A DNA stretch of 33,219 nucleotides from Candidatus Roizmanbacteria bacterium (GCA_016203755.1 JACQMD010000096.1:1-33219), one strand, 5' to 3'. Counted from the first letter of the stretch, positions 1 through 10,434 are shown. The notes: a model not told the origin generated them from the sequence alone. Made by a program: numbers and translations.

Positions 1-531
1 ATTCCACCCGTACACTCCCCCTGGAAAGCCGGCGTCATAGCAGAATTTCAACATGCCACCGTTGAAGCACAAAATGCCCTCCTCAAGCTACTGGAGGAGC
101 CGCCGTCATTCGTCCGGATTATTGCAACGGCCGACGCGGAAGATAAACTACTCCCGACGATTGTATCAAGATGCCACGTTATTCGTATCAAGTATAAAGT
201 ATCAAGTATCAAGTATGACAATTCAGAAATGAAAACAAGCACATTGGATGTGTTACTCAACAGTGGGGTAGGGGAGAGGTTTAGCCTGGCGGCAACTGTC
301 GGGAAAGATCGTGAAACCGCTGTTGCATTTCTGAAGCAAGCAGTCCTGGCTGTCCGTTCATCGTTACTTTCCAGCTATCAATCGCAGTCTTCGCCGTATA
401 CCAAATACCAAATACCAAATACAAATATGGTTCGTACTTTCTCACGCGCACTTGCTACACTTGAACATACCAACACCAATCCGCGCCTTCTTATGGAAAA
501 TCTCTTTTTGCAATTACCTCCCGAAATTTGA
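1..531 (+). CDS. holB: DNA polymerase III subunit delta-prime (clamp-loader AAA+), C-terminal part; 5' end lies outside the window
   Basis: Frame 1 is open from nt 1 to the TGA at 529-531; the ORF track shows only the internal-Met part 229-531. My translation of nt 1-190 reads ...EFQHATVEAQNALLKLLEEPPSFVRIIATADAEDKLLPTIVSRCHVIRI. It carries the QNALLKxLEEPP and TIxSRC motifs typical of HolB. Confidence 0.8.
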   Translation: MPPVHSPWKAGVIAEFQHATVEAQNALLKLLEEPPSFVRIIATADAEDKLLPTIVSRCHVIRIKYKVSSIKYDNSEMKTSTLDVLLNSGVGERFSLAATVGKDRETAVAFLKQAVLAVRSSLLSSYQSQSSPYTKYQIPNTNMVRTFSRALATLEHTNTNPRLLMENLFLQLPPEI

Positions 532-1353
532 AAGTAGTGTCGTCAAATCAGCAAGGTCAACATCACCATTACTATCGATATCGCCCGGAAGACTTGTTCC
601 AGATCTCCCGAAGTTGGTTAGAAGGGTGGTGAGATCCGAAAGGTCTATATCGCCATCACCGTCGATGTCTCCGGGGACAGAAGGAGTAGGAGAAATAACC
701 GGAAGAGTATCAAGGGGTATATCGCTTTTAACAGTAACATTATCAATATAATACGTTCTATCTGCCTCCCAAGTAACGCTTATTCCCAGCGCTATATAAA
801 TACTTCCGGTTGAGCTGGTTACTTTTTTTGTATAATCGTATCTTTTCCAACCCGCTACTTCTCCGGTTCTCCCTGTTCTATCAAAATCTACCTCATATTC
901 AGGTTTACGTTCTCCAATATACTTCATGACCGGCCAGCCAGTAGCGTCATCACCCGTGGGACTCCACAGATAAAAACTGAGATCAATGTTTGCTTTTGTA
1001 CCGGGAGGTACACGAAATTCACGAACAATCCACGTCGTTCCGTCATCATTTGCACCGGTTAAAAAATATTCGAGTGAATGAGCCCCATCCTGGGCTTGCA
1101 CTGTCGATTGCTCTATATGCCAGATGAATGGCTGAGCGCATTGTCCCATTCCCTCACAATGAATAGAATAATCAGGAATCCAACCATTCAACCCACTTTC
1201 GAAGCTTTCAGTGATGGTATAAACGATGGGGGTTACCGTAGGAGTGGGGGTAGAGACCGGATTCAGGTTATTCTCCCACAGGTATACCGGTGGATTGCCC
1301 GTGTAGTTGGCACCAAAGATATCAACATCCCCATCATTGCCGATATCTCCCAC
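514..1353 (-). CDS. C-terminal fragment of a secreted FG-GAP protein: last FG-GAP blade, Thr/Pro linker, beta-sandwich (CBM-like) module and duplicated dockerin-like segment
   Basis: 279-aa ORF with a GTG as listed start; the frame actually stays open upstream to 1410. Motifs seen: GDIGNDGDVDIF (FG-GAP), PTPTVTP linker, a YIDNVTV-type strand, then GDIDGDGDIDLSDLTTLLTNFG and GDIDSNGDVDLADLTTLLSNFG (two EF-hand-like dockerin repeats). The 3' end overlaps the holB stop by 18 nt (514-531, convergent). Confidence 0.7.
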   Translation of the reverse strand: MGDIGNDGDVDIFGANYTGNPPVYLWENNLNPVSTPTPTVTPIVYTITESFESGLNGWIPDYSIHCEGMGQCAQPFIWHIEQSTVQAQDGAHSLEYFLTGANDDGTTWIVREFRVPPGTKANIDLSFYLWSPTGDDATGWPVMKYIGERKPEYEVDFDRTGRTGEVAGWKRYDYTKKVTSSTGSIYIALGISVTWEADRTYYIDNVTVKSDIPLDTLPVISPTPSVPGDIDGDGDIDLSDLTTLLTNFGRSGTSLPGDIDSNGDVDLADLTTLLSNFGR

Positions 1354-1961
1354 CCGGGCATTGTGTGCGCTTCCGGTAAGCGCTTGCTTGGTAAAAGAAA
1401 AATTTGAGAACTACCATTATGACGGTACCAGGCAATTTCAGACAGTTCCAACGCTATCTGCAAATCTGGAAACCCATCACGGTTAAAATCAGCCACTTCC
1501 ACATCATGCGCCCATGTTCCATGAGAACCAATCGTATGACGGATCCAGTTGCCGCTTTTGGGGTCACCCGAAGGACGAGGATTTTCTAACCATATGACAT
1601 TAGTGGTTCCTGAACCATCCGGAACAACCACATCAAGATCACTATTGCGATCAATATCTCCCAGCTGCATGTCAGTCATAAACTCCTGATTTGTATTGGC
1701 GACAGGATATCTTGTCCATGAAGGATACTGATACCAAACCATATTTTCACTGTTGGCCATCCCGCCGATGACCAGATCTATATACCCGTCTCCGTCAATA
1801 TCTCCCATTGCCTTCACGTCTCCGGCCATGTCCGTTGGATCCACCCGAATGCGCGAAAACGATGCCGTCTGTTGAGCAGAAACAGAAGAGGCCGTAAAAA
1901 AGCCGAACAGAAGAAGGTCTGTTAAAACAAAACAGATAGTTCGATATAGTATACGATTCAT
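1263..1961 (-). CDS. N-terminal fragment of the same secreted FG-GAP/VCBS-repeat protein (frame breaks near 1393-1405)
   Basis: 232-aa ORF with a signal-peptide-like N-terminus, MNRILYRTICFVLTDLLLFGFFTASSVSAQQ. FG-GAP Ca-binding motifs: GDIDGDGYIDLVIGG, GDIDRNSDLDVVVPD, ADFNRDGFPDL. The last ~45 aa (LLPSKRLPEAHTMPGWEIS...) look like out-of-frame read-through across the start of ORF 514..1353. Confidence 0.7.
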   Translation of the reverse strand: MNRILYRTICFVLTDLLLFGFFTASSVSAQQTASFSRIRVDPTDMAGDVKAMGDIDGDGYIDLVIGGMANSENMVWYQYPSWTRYPVANTNQEFMTDMQLGDIDRNSDLDVVVPDGSGTTNVIWLENPRPSGDPKSGNWIRHTIGSHGTWAHDVEVADFNRDGFPDLQIALELSEIAWYRHNGSSQIFLLPSKRLPEAHTMPGWEISAMMGMLISLVPTTRAIHRYTCGRIT

Positions 1962-1972
1962 TTCTCTATACT

Positions 1973-2001
1973 AGAGTAGCCCTACAACTTCTAAAAATCA
2001 A
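1973..2001 (-). promoter_or_regulatory. sigma70-like promoter for the FG-GAP gene: TTGATT-17-TACTCT, ATG 11 nt after the -10
   Basis: Minus-strand reading: ttgatt (1996-2001), 17-nt spacer, tactct (1973-1978), then agtatagagaa and the ATG (1959-1961). No Shine-Dalgarno is visible. Confidence 0.4.
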
Positions 2002-2045
2002 CACGTATCTCCCAAATCTATGCTGCATTACGCCTCTAAAAACGC

Positions 2046-2074
2046 TTGAACTTGACCGGCAAGAGTGGTACAAT
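2046..2074 (+). promoter_or_regulatory. sigma70-like promoter upstream of gyrB: TTGAAC-17-(TGg)TACAAT
   Basis: ttgaac at 2046-2051, 17-nt spacer, tacaat at 2069-2074 preceded by tgg (extended -10 TGn). Confidence 0.5.
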
Positions 2075-2076
2075 GA

Positions 2077-4086
<2,010 letters not shown>

Positions 4087-4195
4087 ACGAAAATAACTAA
4101 ATAACTGAATAACGTAATAACTGAATAAATAATTGTGATAGTTGTTTTCGGTTTTTATTAGGGTATTTAGTTATTAAGTCATTTAGTCATTTTTC
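4087..4195 (+). terminator. long imperfect hairpin built from ~8-nt tandem words (ataactNa), followed by a T-run; probable gyrB terminator and member of a dispersed repeat family
   Basis: Left arm: aaataactaaataactgaataacgtaataactgaataaataa. Right arm: ttattagggtatttagttattaagtcatttagtcattttt. In one register I paired 21 of 24 positions by hand. The element ends in ttttt (4191-4195). Confidence 0.6.
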
Positions 4196-4219
4196 AGAAA
4201 CAGGAGGTGATTACTACAC

Positions 4220-4732
4220 ATGAACTTAACCAAACTCGCAAAATTAAAACATTCAACTGACAAATTTGCCGTCGTTATTGAAATCCCCATGGGATCAATG
4301 ACAAAGTATGAAGTGGACAAAGATAGTGAAACGATTTTCGTCGACCGGTTTGCATTTACTACCATGGGATATCCATTAAATTATGGATTTATCCCGGGAA
4401 CTCAAGCAGGAGACGGAGATCCGGTTGATGTGCTTGTCCTTTCTACGTATCCCGTTCATCCGGGAGCAGCAATGTATTGCCGCGCAATTGGGGTACTTAT
4501 GATGGAAGACGAGGCGGGAATGGACGAGAAAATTCTCGCTGTTCCGGTTGCGAAAGTTGACCCATTCCAGACACATATCAGAGATATTGCTGACGTACCC
4601 GACGCGATAAAGAATAAAATTAAACATTTCTTTGAACACTACAAAGAGTTGGAACCGGGAAAGTGGGTAAAAGTGAGAGAGTGGAAGGGGAAAACGGAGG
4701 CGGAGAAGGCGATACGGGAAGGGATGAAATAA
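4220..4732 (+). CDS. ppa: inorganic pyrophosphatase (family I)
   Basis: 170 aa. Motifs seen: VVIEIPMGSMTKYEVDKDS, DRFAFTTMGYPLNYGFIP, GDGDPVDVLVL, DEKILAV, FFEHYKELE. AGGAGG sits at 4202-4207, upstream of the ATG. Confidence 0.95.
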   Translation: MNLTKLAKLKHSTDKFAVVIEIPMGSMTKYEVDKDSETIFVDRFAFTTMGYPLNYGFIPGTQAGDGDPVDVLVLSTYPVHPGAAMYCRAIGVLMMEDEAGMDEKILAVPVAKVDPFQTHIRDIADVPDAIKNKIKHFFEHYKELEPGKWVKVREWKGKTEAEKAIREGMK

Positions 4733-4890
4733 GGACTCAAAGTATTTAAAGAGCTCAAAGATACAAAGAGTTCCAAAGACTCAAAACAAGTTCAAGGAAA
4801 AAAGAATAAAAAAGTATTGCTTTTTTGATTCTTTGATGATTTGAGGATTCATTTGAACTTTGCTTATTTGAGTCTTTGAGTATTTTTTTC
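4733..4890 (+). terminator. ~155-nt imperfect palindrome made of (N)ctcaaag-type words, ending in a T-run; probable ppa terminator
   Basis: Left half: ggactcaaagtatttaaagagctcaaagatacaaagagttccaaagactcaaaacaagttcaagg. Right half: ctttgatgatttgaggattcatttgaactttgcttatttgagtctttgagtattttttt. For example, agactcaaa on the left pairs with tttgagtct on the right. Confidence 0.55.
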
Positions 4891-4917
4891 ATTTGCTTAT
4901 TTGCGTATTGAAATGCT

Positions 4918-7464
4918 ATGCCAGACGAAATAACCAACATAACACAAACAAGTTACGGAAAGATATCTGAAACTCCCATCATCGAGGAGATGCAACGCTC
5001 GTATCTGGATTATGCCATGAGCGTCATTGTTTCACGCGCTCTTCCTGATGTGCGGGATGGACTGAAGCCGGTACACCGGAGGATTTTGTACGCCATGCAC
5101 AAACTCGGGCTTTCTTTTGCTGCGCGTTTTTCAAAATCCGCAAAAGTGGTCGGAGAAGTACTCGGAAAGTATCATCCACATGGCGACATGCCGGTATATG
5201 ATGCGCTTGCTCGTATGGCACAGGATTTTTCCATGCGGTACACGCTCATTGCGGGACAGGGAAATTTCGGATCAATTGATGGCGATCCGCCGGCAGCCAT
5301 GCGATACACAGAAGTAAAGATGGCAAAAATCTCGCAGGAGATTATGCGGGATATCGAGAAGGAAACCGTACCGTTTATTGACAATTTCGACGGGTCTCTC
5401 CAGGAACCAACGCTTCTTCCCGCTGCCATTCCGAATTTGTTACTCATGGGTGCAGACGGCATTGCTGTTGGTATGGCCACCAAAATCCCGCCTCACAATC
5501 TTGGAGAAGTAATCGACGCACTGGTATTTATGATAGAGCGCTCCGCGCAAGATCCAAATGAAAACAACAAATCAAAAAATGTACCCTCTGAGGCAGAGCC
5601 TATAACCACCGATCAGCTCATGAACTTTATCAAAGGCCCTGATTTTCCAACTGCAGCTACCATCTATGATATAGAAGAAGTCAAAAAGGTATACGCCACG
5701 GGCCGAGGTAAAATTATTATGCGGGCAAAAGCAACGATTGAAGAGACACCGGCGGGAAAACCAGCTATCATTGTGACCGAAATTCCCTATCAGGTAAATA
5801 AAGCAACCATGATTGGCAAAATTGCACAGCTGGTAAAGGATAAAAAAGTCACCGAAATTTCAGATCTCCGCGATGAATCGGACCGGCGCGGCATTCGGGT
5901 AGTCATGGAACTCAAGCGTGGGTCGATTCCGAAGAAAGTACTGAACCGTCTGTATAAATTTACACAACTCCAAACCACATTTCCGGCAAACATGGTAGCA
6001 CTCGTTGACGGAACGCCCAAAACATTATCATTGAAAGAAATCCTTGAGGAATTTCTCAAGCACCGTCAGCATATTGTGCGACTCCGGAGCGAATTTGAGT
6101 TGAAACAGGCAAAAGCGCGCGAACACATACTGGAAGGCCTCAAAATTGCCGTTGACAACATCGACGAAGTAATCAGCACGATCCGCCGTGCAACCGACGT
6201 TGAGGATGCAAAAACAAAACTCATGAGTCGCTTCAAGCTTTCAGATATTCAAGCTCAGGCAATTCTCGATATGCAGCTCAAGCGCTTAGCAGCACTCGAG
6301 CGACAAAAGATTGAAGAAGAGCTTGCCATGATTCGCGAAACTATAGCATATTTGACAGACCTTTTGGCCCATCCCGTCAAGATACTTGACGTCATTAAAG
6401 GAGAGCTGATACACACGAAACAAACCTTTGCAGACGAGCGAAAAACAAAAGTTATCAAAGGAAAAGTAGGGGAGTTTTCAGATGAAGATCTCATTCCTAA
6501 TGATGAAACACTCATTACGATCTCAAAAACTGGATACATCAAACGGGTTGCCAAGGGAACGTTTAAAGTCCAACGCCGGGGAGGCAAAGGGGTAATTGGC
6601 ATGGAAACAAAAGATGAGGATGACATCAAATATATTTTACCCGCGGAAACGCATGATATTGTCATGTTTTTCACCAACCGGGGACGCGTTTTTGAAATTC
6701 GTTGCTGGGATATAGGTGAAACAAGCCGGAAAGCAAAAGGCCAGGCAATTATTAACCTTATCAATATTGAACAAGGAGAGCTCATTCAGTCAGTGCTAAC
6801 CGTCACTCCGGAGCAGTTCGCCAATTCTGCAAAAAATGCTATTATGTTGGCAACAAAACGCGGCGTGGTGAAAAAAACATCATTTGCGAAGTATAAAAAT
6901 ATAAAAACTTCGGGTCTTATTGCAATCAATCTGGACAGTGGAGACGAGCTCGTTTGGGCAGAGGAAACAGAGCCGCACGAAGAAATATTACTGGTAACGC
7001 ACAACGGGAAAGTCATTAAATTCTCGGCCCGTGAAGTCCGTGAAACAGGTCGTGCCACACGCGGAGTAACTGGTATCCATCTGACAAAAGACGATTATGT
7101 GGTTGCCATGGAAGTAGTACCAACCCGTCAAATTCCTGATGATAAACGAAAAAAATATTTCCAGGATGTACTGGTGGTTACTGAAAAAGGATTGGGGAAA
7201 CGAACAGATATTGATGGTTTCCGGGGCCAGCACCGGGGAGGAAAAGGTATAAAGATTGCCAATTTAACCACAAAGACTGGTCTCGTTGCTCAGTCGCTTC
7301 TGGTAACTGAAGTTGATGAACAACTCATCATAAGTTCCAAAAAAGGACAGATCATTAAACTCCCCATAAAAAATATTCCGCAGCTATCCCGTGATACCCA
7401 AGGAGTGATCCTGATGCGTTTTACCGATAAAGGAGACTCTGTTGCTACCGCTACAGCGGTATGA
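4918..7464 (+). CDS. gyrA: DNA gyrase subunit A
   Basis: 848 aa. Motifs seen: [53 protein letters not shown] (catalytic Tyr region), and C-terminal beta-pinwheel GKG repeats ([29 protein letters not shown]). Confidence 0.97.
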   Translation: MPDEITNITQTSYGKISETPIIEEMQRSYLDYAMSVIVSRALPDVRDGLKPVHRRILYAMHKLGLSFAARFSKSAKVVGEVLGKYHPHGDMPVYDALARMAQDFSMRYTLIAGQGNFGSIDGDPPAAMRYTEVKMAKISQEIMRDIEKETVPFIDNFDGSLQEPTLLPAAIPNLLLMGADGIAVGMATKIPPHNLGEVIDALVFMIERSAQDPNENNKSKNVPSEAEPITTDQLMNFIKGPDFPTAATIYDIEEVKKVYATGRGKIIMRAKATIEETPAGKPAIIVTEIPYQVNKATMIGKIAQLVKDKKVTEISDLRDESDRRGIRVVMELKRGSIPKKVLNRLYKFTQLQTTFPANMVALVDGTPKTLSLKEILEEFLKHRQHIVRLRSEFELKQAKAREHILEGLKIAVDNIDEVISTIRRATDVEDAKTKLMSRFKLSDIQAQAILDMQLKRLAALERQKIEEELAMIRETIAYLTDLLAHPVKILDVIKGELIHTKQTFADERKTKVIKGKVGEFSDEDLIPNDETLITISKTGYIKRVAKGTFKVQRRGGKGVIGMETKDEDDIKYILPAETHDIVMFFTNRGRVFEIRCWDIGETSRKAKGQAIINLINIEQGELIQSVLTVTPEQFANSAKNAIMLATKRGVVKKTSFAKYKNIKTSGLIAINLDSGDELVWAEETEPHEEILLVTHNGKVIKFSAREVRETGRATRGVTGIHLTKDDYVVAMEVVPTRQIPDDKRKKYFQDVLVVTEKGLGKRTDIDGFRGQHRGGKGIKIANLTTKTGLVAQSLLVTEVDEQLIISSKKGQIIKLPIKNIPQLSRDTQGVILMRFTDKGDSVATATAV

Positions 7465-7550
7465 GATGGGTAAATGGGTAATTAGGTGACTAGGTGAATG
7501 GGATTATGAATTTTACCCATTTACCTATTTACCCAATCACCTAATCACCT
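7465..7550. repeat. 86-nt palindromic word-repeat element exactly filling the gyrA-folD gap
   Basis: Left half: atgggtaa x2, ttaggtga, ctaggtga, atggg. Loop: attatgaatt. Right half: ttacccat, ttacctat, ttacccaa, tcacctaa, tcacct. It abuts the folD ATG at 7551. Confidence 0.7.
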
Positions 7551-8375
7551 ATGAGTATTCGAATAGATGGCAAAGCTCTTGCCGATGAAATCCTGACCGG
7601 TCTTAAACAGCGCGTGGCTGCTCTTCCTGTCCGGCCCATTTTGGCCGTTATTCAGATTGGAGAAAACCCTTCCTCGCATTCATATATTAGACAAAAAGAG
7701 AAAGTCGCACGGCTGGTGGGGATAGGTATCAAACAGTTCAAATTTCCCGCGCGGGTATCTTTCCAGACAGTTGCCGAAAAAATCACTCAGCTCAATGAAG
7801 ATCCCGCCATTACGGGAGTAATCATTCAGCGACCATTGCCGGCGCACTTATCTTCACATTCATTTATAAGTGCCGTTGCGGCAAAAAAAGATGTTGATGG
7901 TTTTCATGAAAAATCTCCGTTTATCCCCCCGATTTCACAAGCAATTACTCATATTCTTTCCGTTATCCTTCAAACAAAATCCCTTCGTATGGCGCTGCGG
8001 AACAAAAAAATAGTCCTTGTTGGCCGCGGAGAGACAGCGGGTAAACCGATTGGTGAAACATTGTCGAAACTGAATATTCCCGTCATCCAGGTGAACAGTG
8101 TCACACGCAATAAAGAAGAATTTTACAAAGAAGCGGACATTATCATCTCATGTGTGGGGAAGCGGGGAGCGGTGAAAGGGGCTCAGGTAAAACCGGGAGT
8201 AATGCTGATTGGAGTAGGCATCGAACGGGCAGATGAAAAACTGGTGGGAGATTATGATGAGGGAGATATCAAAGATAAAGCTTCGTTTTATACTCCAACC
8301 CCAGGTGGAACAGGACCTTTGAATATTGCGTACCTTCTGAGTAACCTGGTAAGCGCTGCAGAAAAGTCGACTTGA
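7551..8375 (+). CDS. folD: bifunctional 5,10-methylene-tetrahydrofolate dehydrogenase / 5,10-methenyl-tetrahydrofolate cyclohydrolase
   Basis: 274 aa. Motifs seen: IDGKALADEI, SHSYIRQKEKVARLVGI, VIIQRPLP, VDGFH, VLVGRGETAGKPIG, TPTPGGTGPLNIAYL. Confidence 0.92.
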   Translation: MSIRIDGKALADEILTGLKQRVAALPVRPILAVIQIGENPSSHSYIRQKEKVARLVGIGIKQFKFPARVSFQTVAEKITQLNEDPAITGVIIQRPLPAHLSSHSFISAVAAKKDVDGFHEKSPFIPPISQAITHILSVILQTKSLRMALRNKKIVLVGRGETAGKPIGETLSKLNIPVIQVNSVTRNKEEFYKEADIIISCVGKRGAVKGAQVKPGVMLIGVGIERADEKLVGDYDEGDIKDKASFYTPTPGGTGPLNIAYLLSNLVSAAEKST

Positions 8376-8400
8376 CAAAGTAGTTCTTTTACGATATTCT
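8372..8400 (+). promoter_or_regulatory. TTGACA-17-TATTCT promoter for the Phd/RelE operon; ATG 9 nt after the -10 (leaderless-type)
   Basis: ttgaca at 8372-8377 (overlaps the folD stop), 17-nt spacer, tattct at 8395-8400, then aaagtacgt and the ATG at 8410. No SD is visible. Confidence 0.45.
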
Positions 8401-8409
8401 AAAGTACGT

Positions 8410-8682
8410 ATGATACAGGATGTACTCGGTATAAAAGAATTTCAGTCAAAACTACCACTCATTGCACGAACAATCAATCAGGTTGGAGGTCATTATGTGG
8501 TTACCAACAGAACAAAACCTTCGCTTGTGGCTATTCCCTTTAGCGATTATCAGGAGATAGAAGATATATTGCTTGAGCTTAATTCCCCGGATGTACAAAA
8601 CGATATTAAAAAGGGGAGAGAGGAATATAAAATGCGAAAAACGAAGAAATTTCGTCCGTTTATAGAATCTTTGGATGAGTAG
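8410..8682 (+). CDS. type II antitoxin, Phd/YefM family
   Basis: 90 aa. Contains HYVVTNRTKPSLVAIPFSDYQEIEDIL, typical of Phd/YefM. It overlaps the downstream toxin gene by 8 nt. Confidence 0.75.
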   Translation: MIQDVLGIKEFQSKLPLIARTINQVGGHYVVTNRTKPSLVAIPFSDYQEIEDILLELNSPDVQNDIKKGREEYKMRKTKKFRPFIESLDE

Positions 8683-8938
8683 CTATACGATTGAAATCAC
8701 CTCAAAGGCACAGAAGGATCTTAAAAAACTTAACCCCGCTATTCGAAGTAGAATAGAAAAAGAAATTCTGAAGCTTGAACTGGATCAAAAGCCGCAGCAG
8801 TTCAAACCACTCATGGGTAGAAAGATAGCACAGTATAGAATTCGAGTTGGTGATTATCGGGTCTTATATGATTTGTATCCTGAAGATAACGTCGTCCTCA
8901 TTCTCCGTATTGGTCATCGAAAAGAAATATATCGGTGA
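8675..8938 (+). CDS. type II toxin, RelE/ParE (StbE-like) family
   Basis: 87 aa. Motifs seen: ITSKAQKDLKKLNPAIRSRIEKEI and YRIRVGDYRVLYDLYPEDNVVLILRIGHRKEIY. Confidence 0.85.
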   Translation: MSSYTIEITSKAQKDLKKLNPAIRSRIEKEILKLELDQKPQQFKPLMGRKIAQYRIRVGDYRVLYDLYPEDNVVLILRIGHRKEIYR

Positions 8939-8950
8939 GAAGAACCATTT

Positions 8951-8979
8951 TTGAGATTGCAGAGTACTTGTGATACTAT
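8951..8979 (+). promoter_or_regulatory. TTGAGA-17-TACTAT promoter upstream of the 472-aa ORFan
   Basis: ttgaga at 8951-8956, 17-nt spacer, tactat at 8974-8979. A 33-nt leader carries a weak aaggta before the ATG at 9013. Confidence 0.4.
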
Positions 8980-9012
8980 GGAGTAGACCGTTCGTTGTTA
9001 ACAAGGTAGAAA

Positions 9013-10431
9013 ATGGCTGCCGAATCTTTTGAACCTACAAGTGCAGATAACTCTCAAGAGAGGGGAGATCGTGTTCTTTCTCAAGATGAACTAGCGAATT
9101 TACTAGCATCTGTGGAGCCAATTCTATTCATCAAAGCCATGGCTTCTTTACCTCCTGAATGGTCTGATCCCGCAATCGACATATTACAAGAGACAATTAT
9201 TCAAGCTGCTCGTATTCCTGAAGACCAAAGACCCTCTGCAATTGCAGTACTTACCACAATAGAAAATACGGGAACGTTAGAAGCATTAGTAGCAGTAAGA
9301 GATTTATTATATACGCTCAGGAATATTAATTCAGAATCATTACCGGAGAGAGATGAGACATTATTTGCCTTTGCAGGGCAGGGAAAAATAAGAAAGGAAA
9401 CACCAGTAGCGGCGCATGCATTATTCTCGCAGGCATTTCCGCTTCACGAATTATCGCCTCAAGCGGATACAGTTATCTCCCAAACACCTGTCATTGTTGA
9501 ACCGGCCCAAGAATCATCGCCGGATCAAAGAACAATGCCGACGACAATACCCTTTCGGGCTAACCTGATAGTACAAACTATATTACAGAGGTTACGAATA
9601 GAACCTACTCTTAATCTAAAAAGAGAAGAAGTTATCGCGGCATCAGGATTAACCAATCCCGACTACAATAGGTTAAATAAGATTATTACTGAGGCACGGG
9701 AACAGTTGAGACAACTTGGAATTAAGTTAGAAAAAATCCCCCCGTTCAATAGAAAAAGGGGTGATAAAACAATATTCGTGGTAGAACCTCTCTCTAAAAG
9801 TGAACTGCAACTACAGCAGGAACCTGCCGAAGAGGTTTCAAAAGAAGGAGTTGACGAAAAGAAAACGAGTTATGATCTGGTAATATTTCGTAATACTCTT
9901 GGTGTCTACAGACGTTTACTGAAGGCAGTGCACCGAAGAGATTCTCAACCCGTCTCACCCGAACAACGCATTTCCTACCAGGCATCGTTAATGGTTTTAG
10001 AAAAATTTAACCTTTCTGTTGATGACTGGGAACTGCTTGGCGAAACGTTTAGTGTTCCCCTTAGAACTGACGAATCATATTCACTGGCGTCACTCTCCTA
10101 TGTGATAGCTTATTTGAAGACACCTCGACCGAAAGAAGTCAAACAGGAAGCAGAAGTCGCTGCCTCAGCATTTTCACTCATGAAGCAATGGGTACAGAAA
10201 AAAGTTGAAGAAATCAAAGAGGTGAGAAAACCAAAGGAAAAACAAGAAAACTCTCAAACAGCTGAGCAAAATGTGCTGGTTGAACCTGAAGACACGAGTC
10301 TCGAGATACCAGAAGATGAATCTCTCAGCGACTATGATGAGTCTGTACAACCAGCGCCGGAACAGGAGGAGAATGAAGGAGAACAAGAGAATAATGATTT
10401 CAGATTCCCCGAGCACGGGGAGAATAAGTAA
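9013..10431 (+). CDS. hypothetical protein (472 aa) with a winged-helix-like module and a strongly acidic C-terminal tail
   Basis: Long ORF with no overlapping competitor. aa ~183-259 (nt 9559-9789) resemble an OmpR-type wHTH (LKREEVIAASGLTNPDYNRLNKIITEAREQLRQLGIKLEKI...TIFVVEP). The tail reads EPEDTSLEIPEDESLSDYDESVQPAPEQEENEGEQENN. Confidence 0.6.
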   Translation: MAAESFEPTSADNSQERGDRVLSQDELANLLASVEPILFIKAMASLPPEWSDPAIDILQETIIQAARIPEDQRPSAIAVLTTIENTGTLEALVAVRDLLYTLRNINSESLPERDETLFAFAGQGKIRKETPVAAHALFSQAFPLHELSPQADTVISQTPVIVEPAQESSPDQRTMPTTIPFRANLIVQTILQRLRIEPTLNLKREEVIAASGLTNPDYNRLNKIITEAREQLRQLGIKLEKIPPFNRKRGDKTIFVVEPLSKSELQLQQEPAEEVSKEGVDEKKTSYDLVIFRNTLGVYRRLLKAVHRRDSQPVSPEQRISYQASLMVLEKFNLSVDDWELLGETFSVPLRTDESYSLASLSYVIAYLKTPRPKEVKQEAEVAASAFSLMKQWVQKKVEEIKEVRKPKEKQENSQTAEQNVLVEPEDTSLEIPEDESLSDYDESVQPAPEQEENEGEQENNDFRFPEHGENK

Positions 10432-10434
10432 AAA

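Noticed and set aside
4755-4940. A 61-aa minus-strand ORF between ppa and gyrA.
   Set aside because: It is encoded by the ctcaaag-word palindrome itself. Its low-complexity translation is a by-product of the repeat.
8996-9004. A 9-nt match, tgttaacaa, at both edges of the ORFan block (8996-9004 and 20562-20570), as possible att-like direct repeats.
   Set aside because: It is only 9 nt, AT-rich and centred on a gttaac palindrome. The second copy lies inside a promoter spacer. Chance is the simplest explanation, and there is no integrase adjacent.
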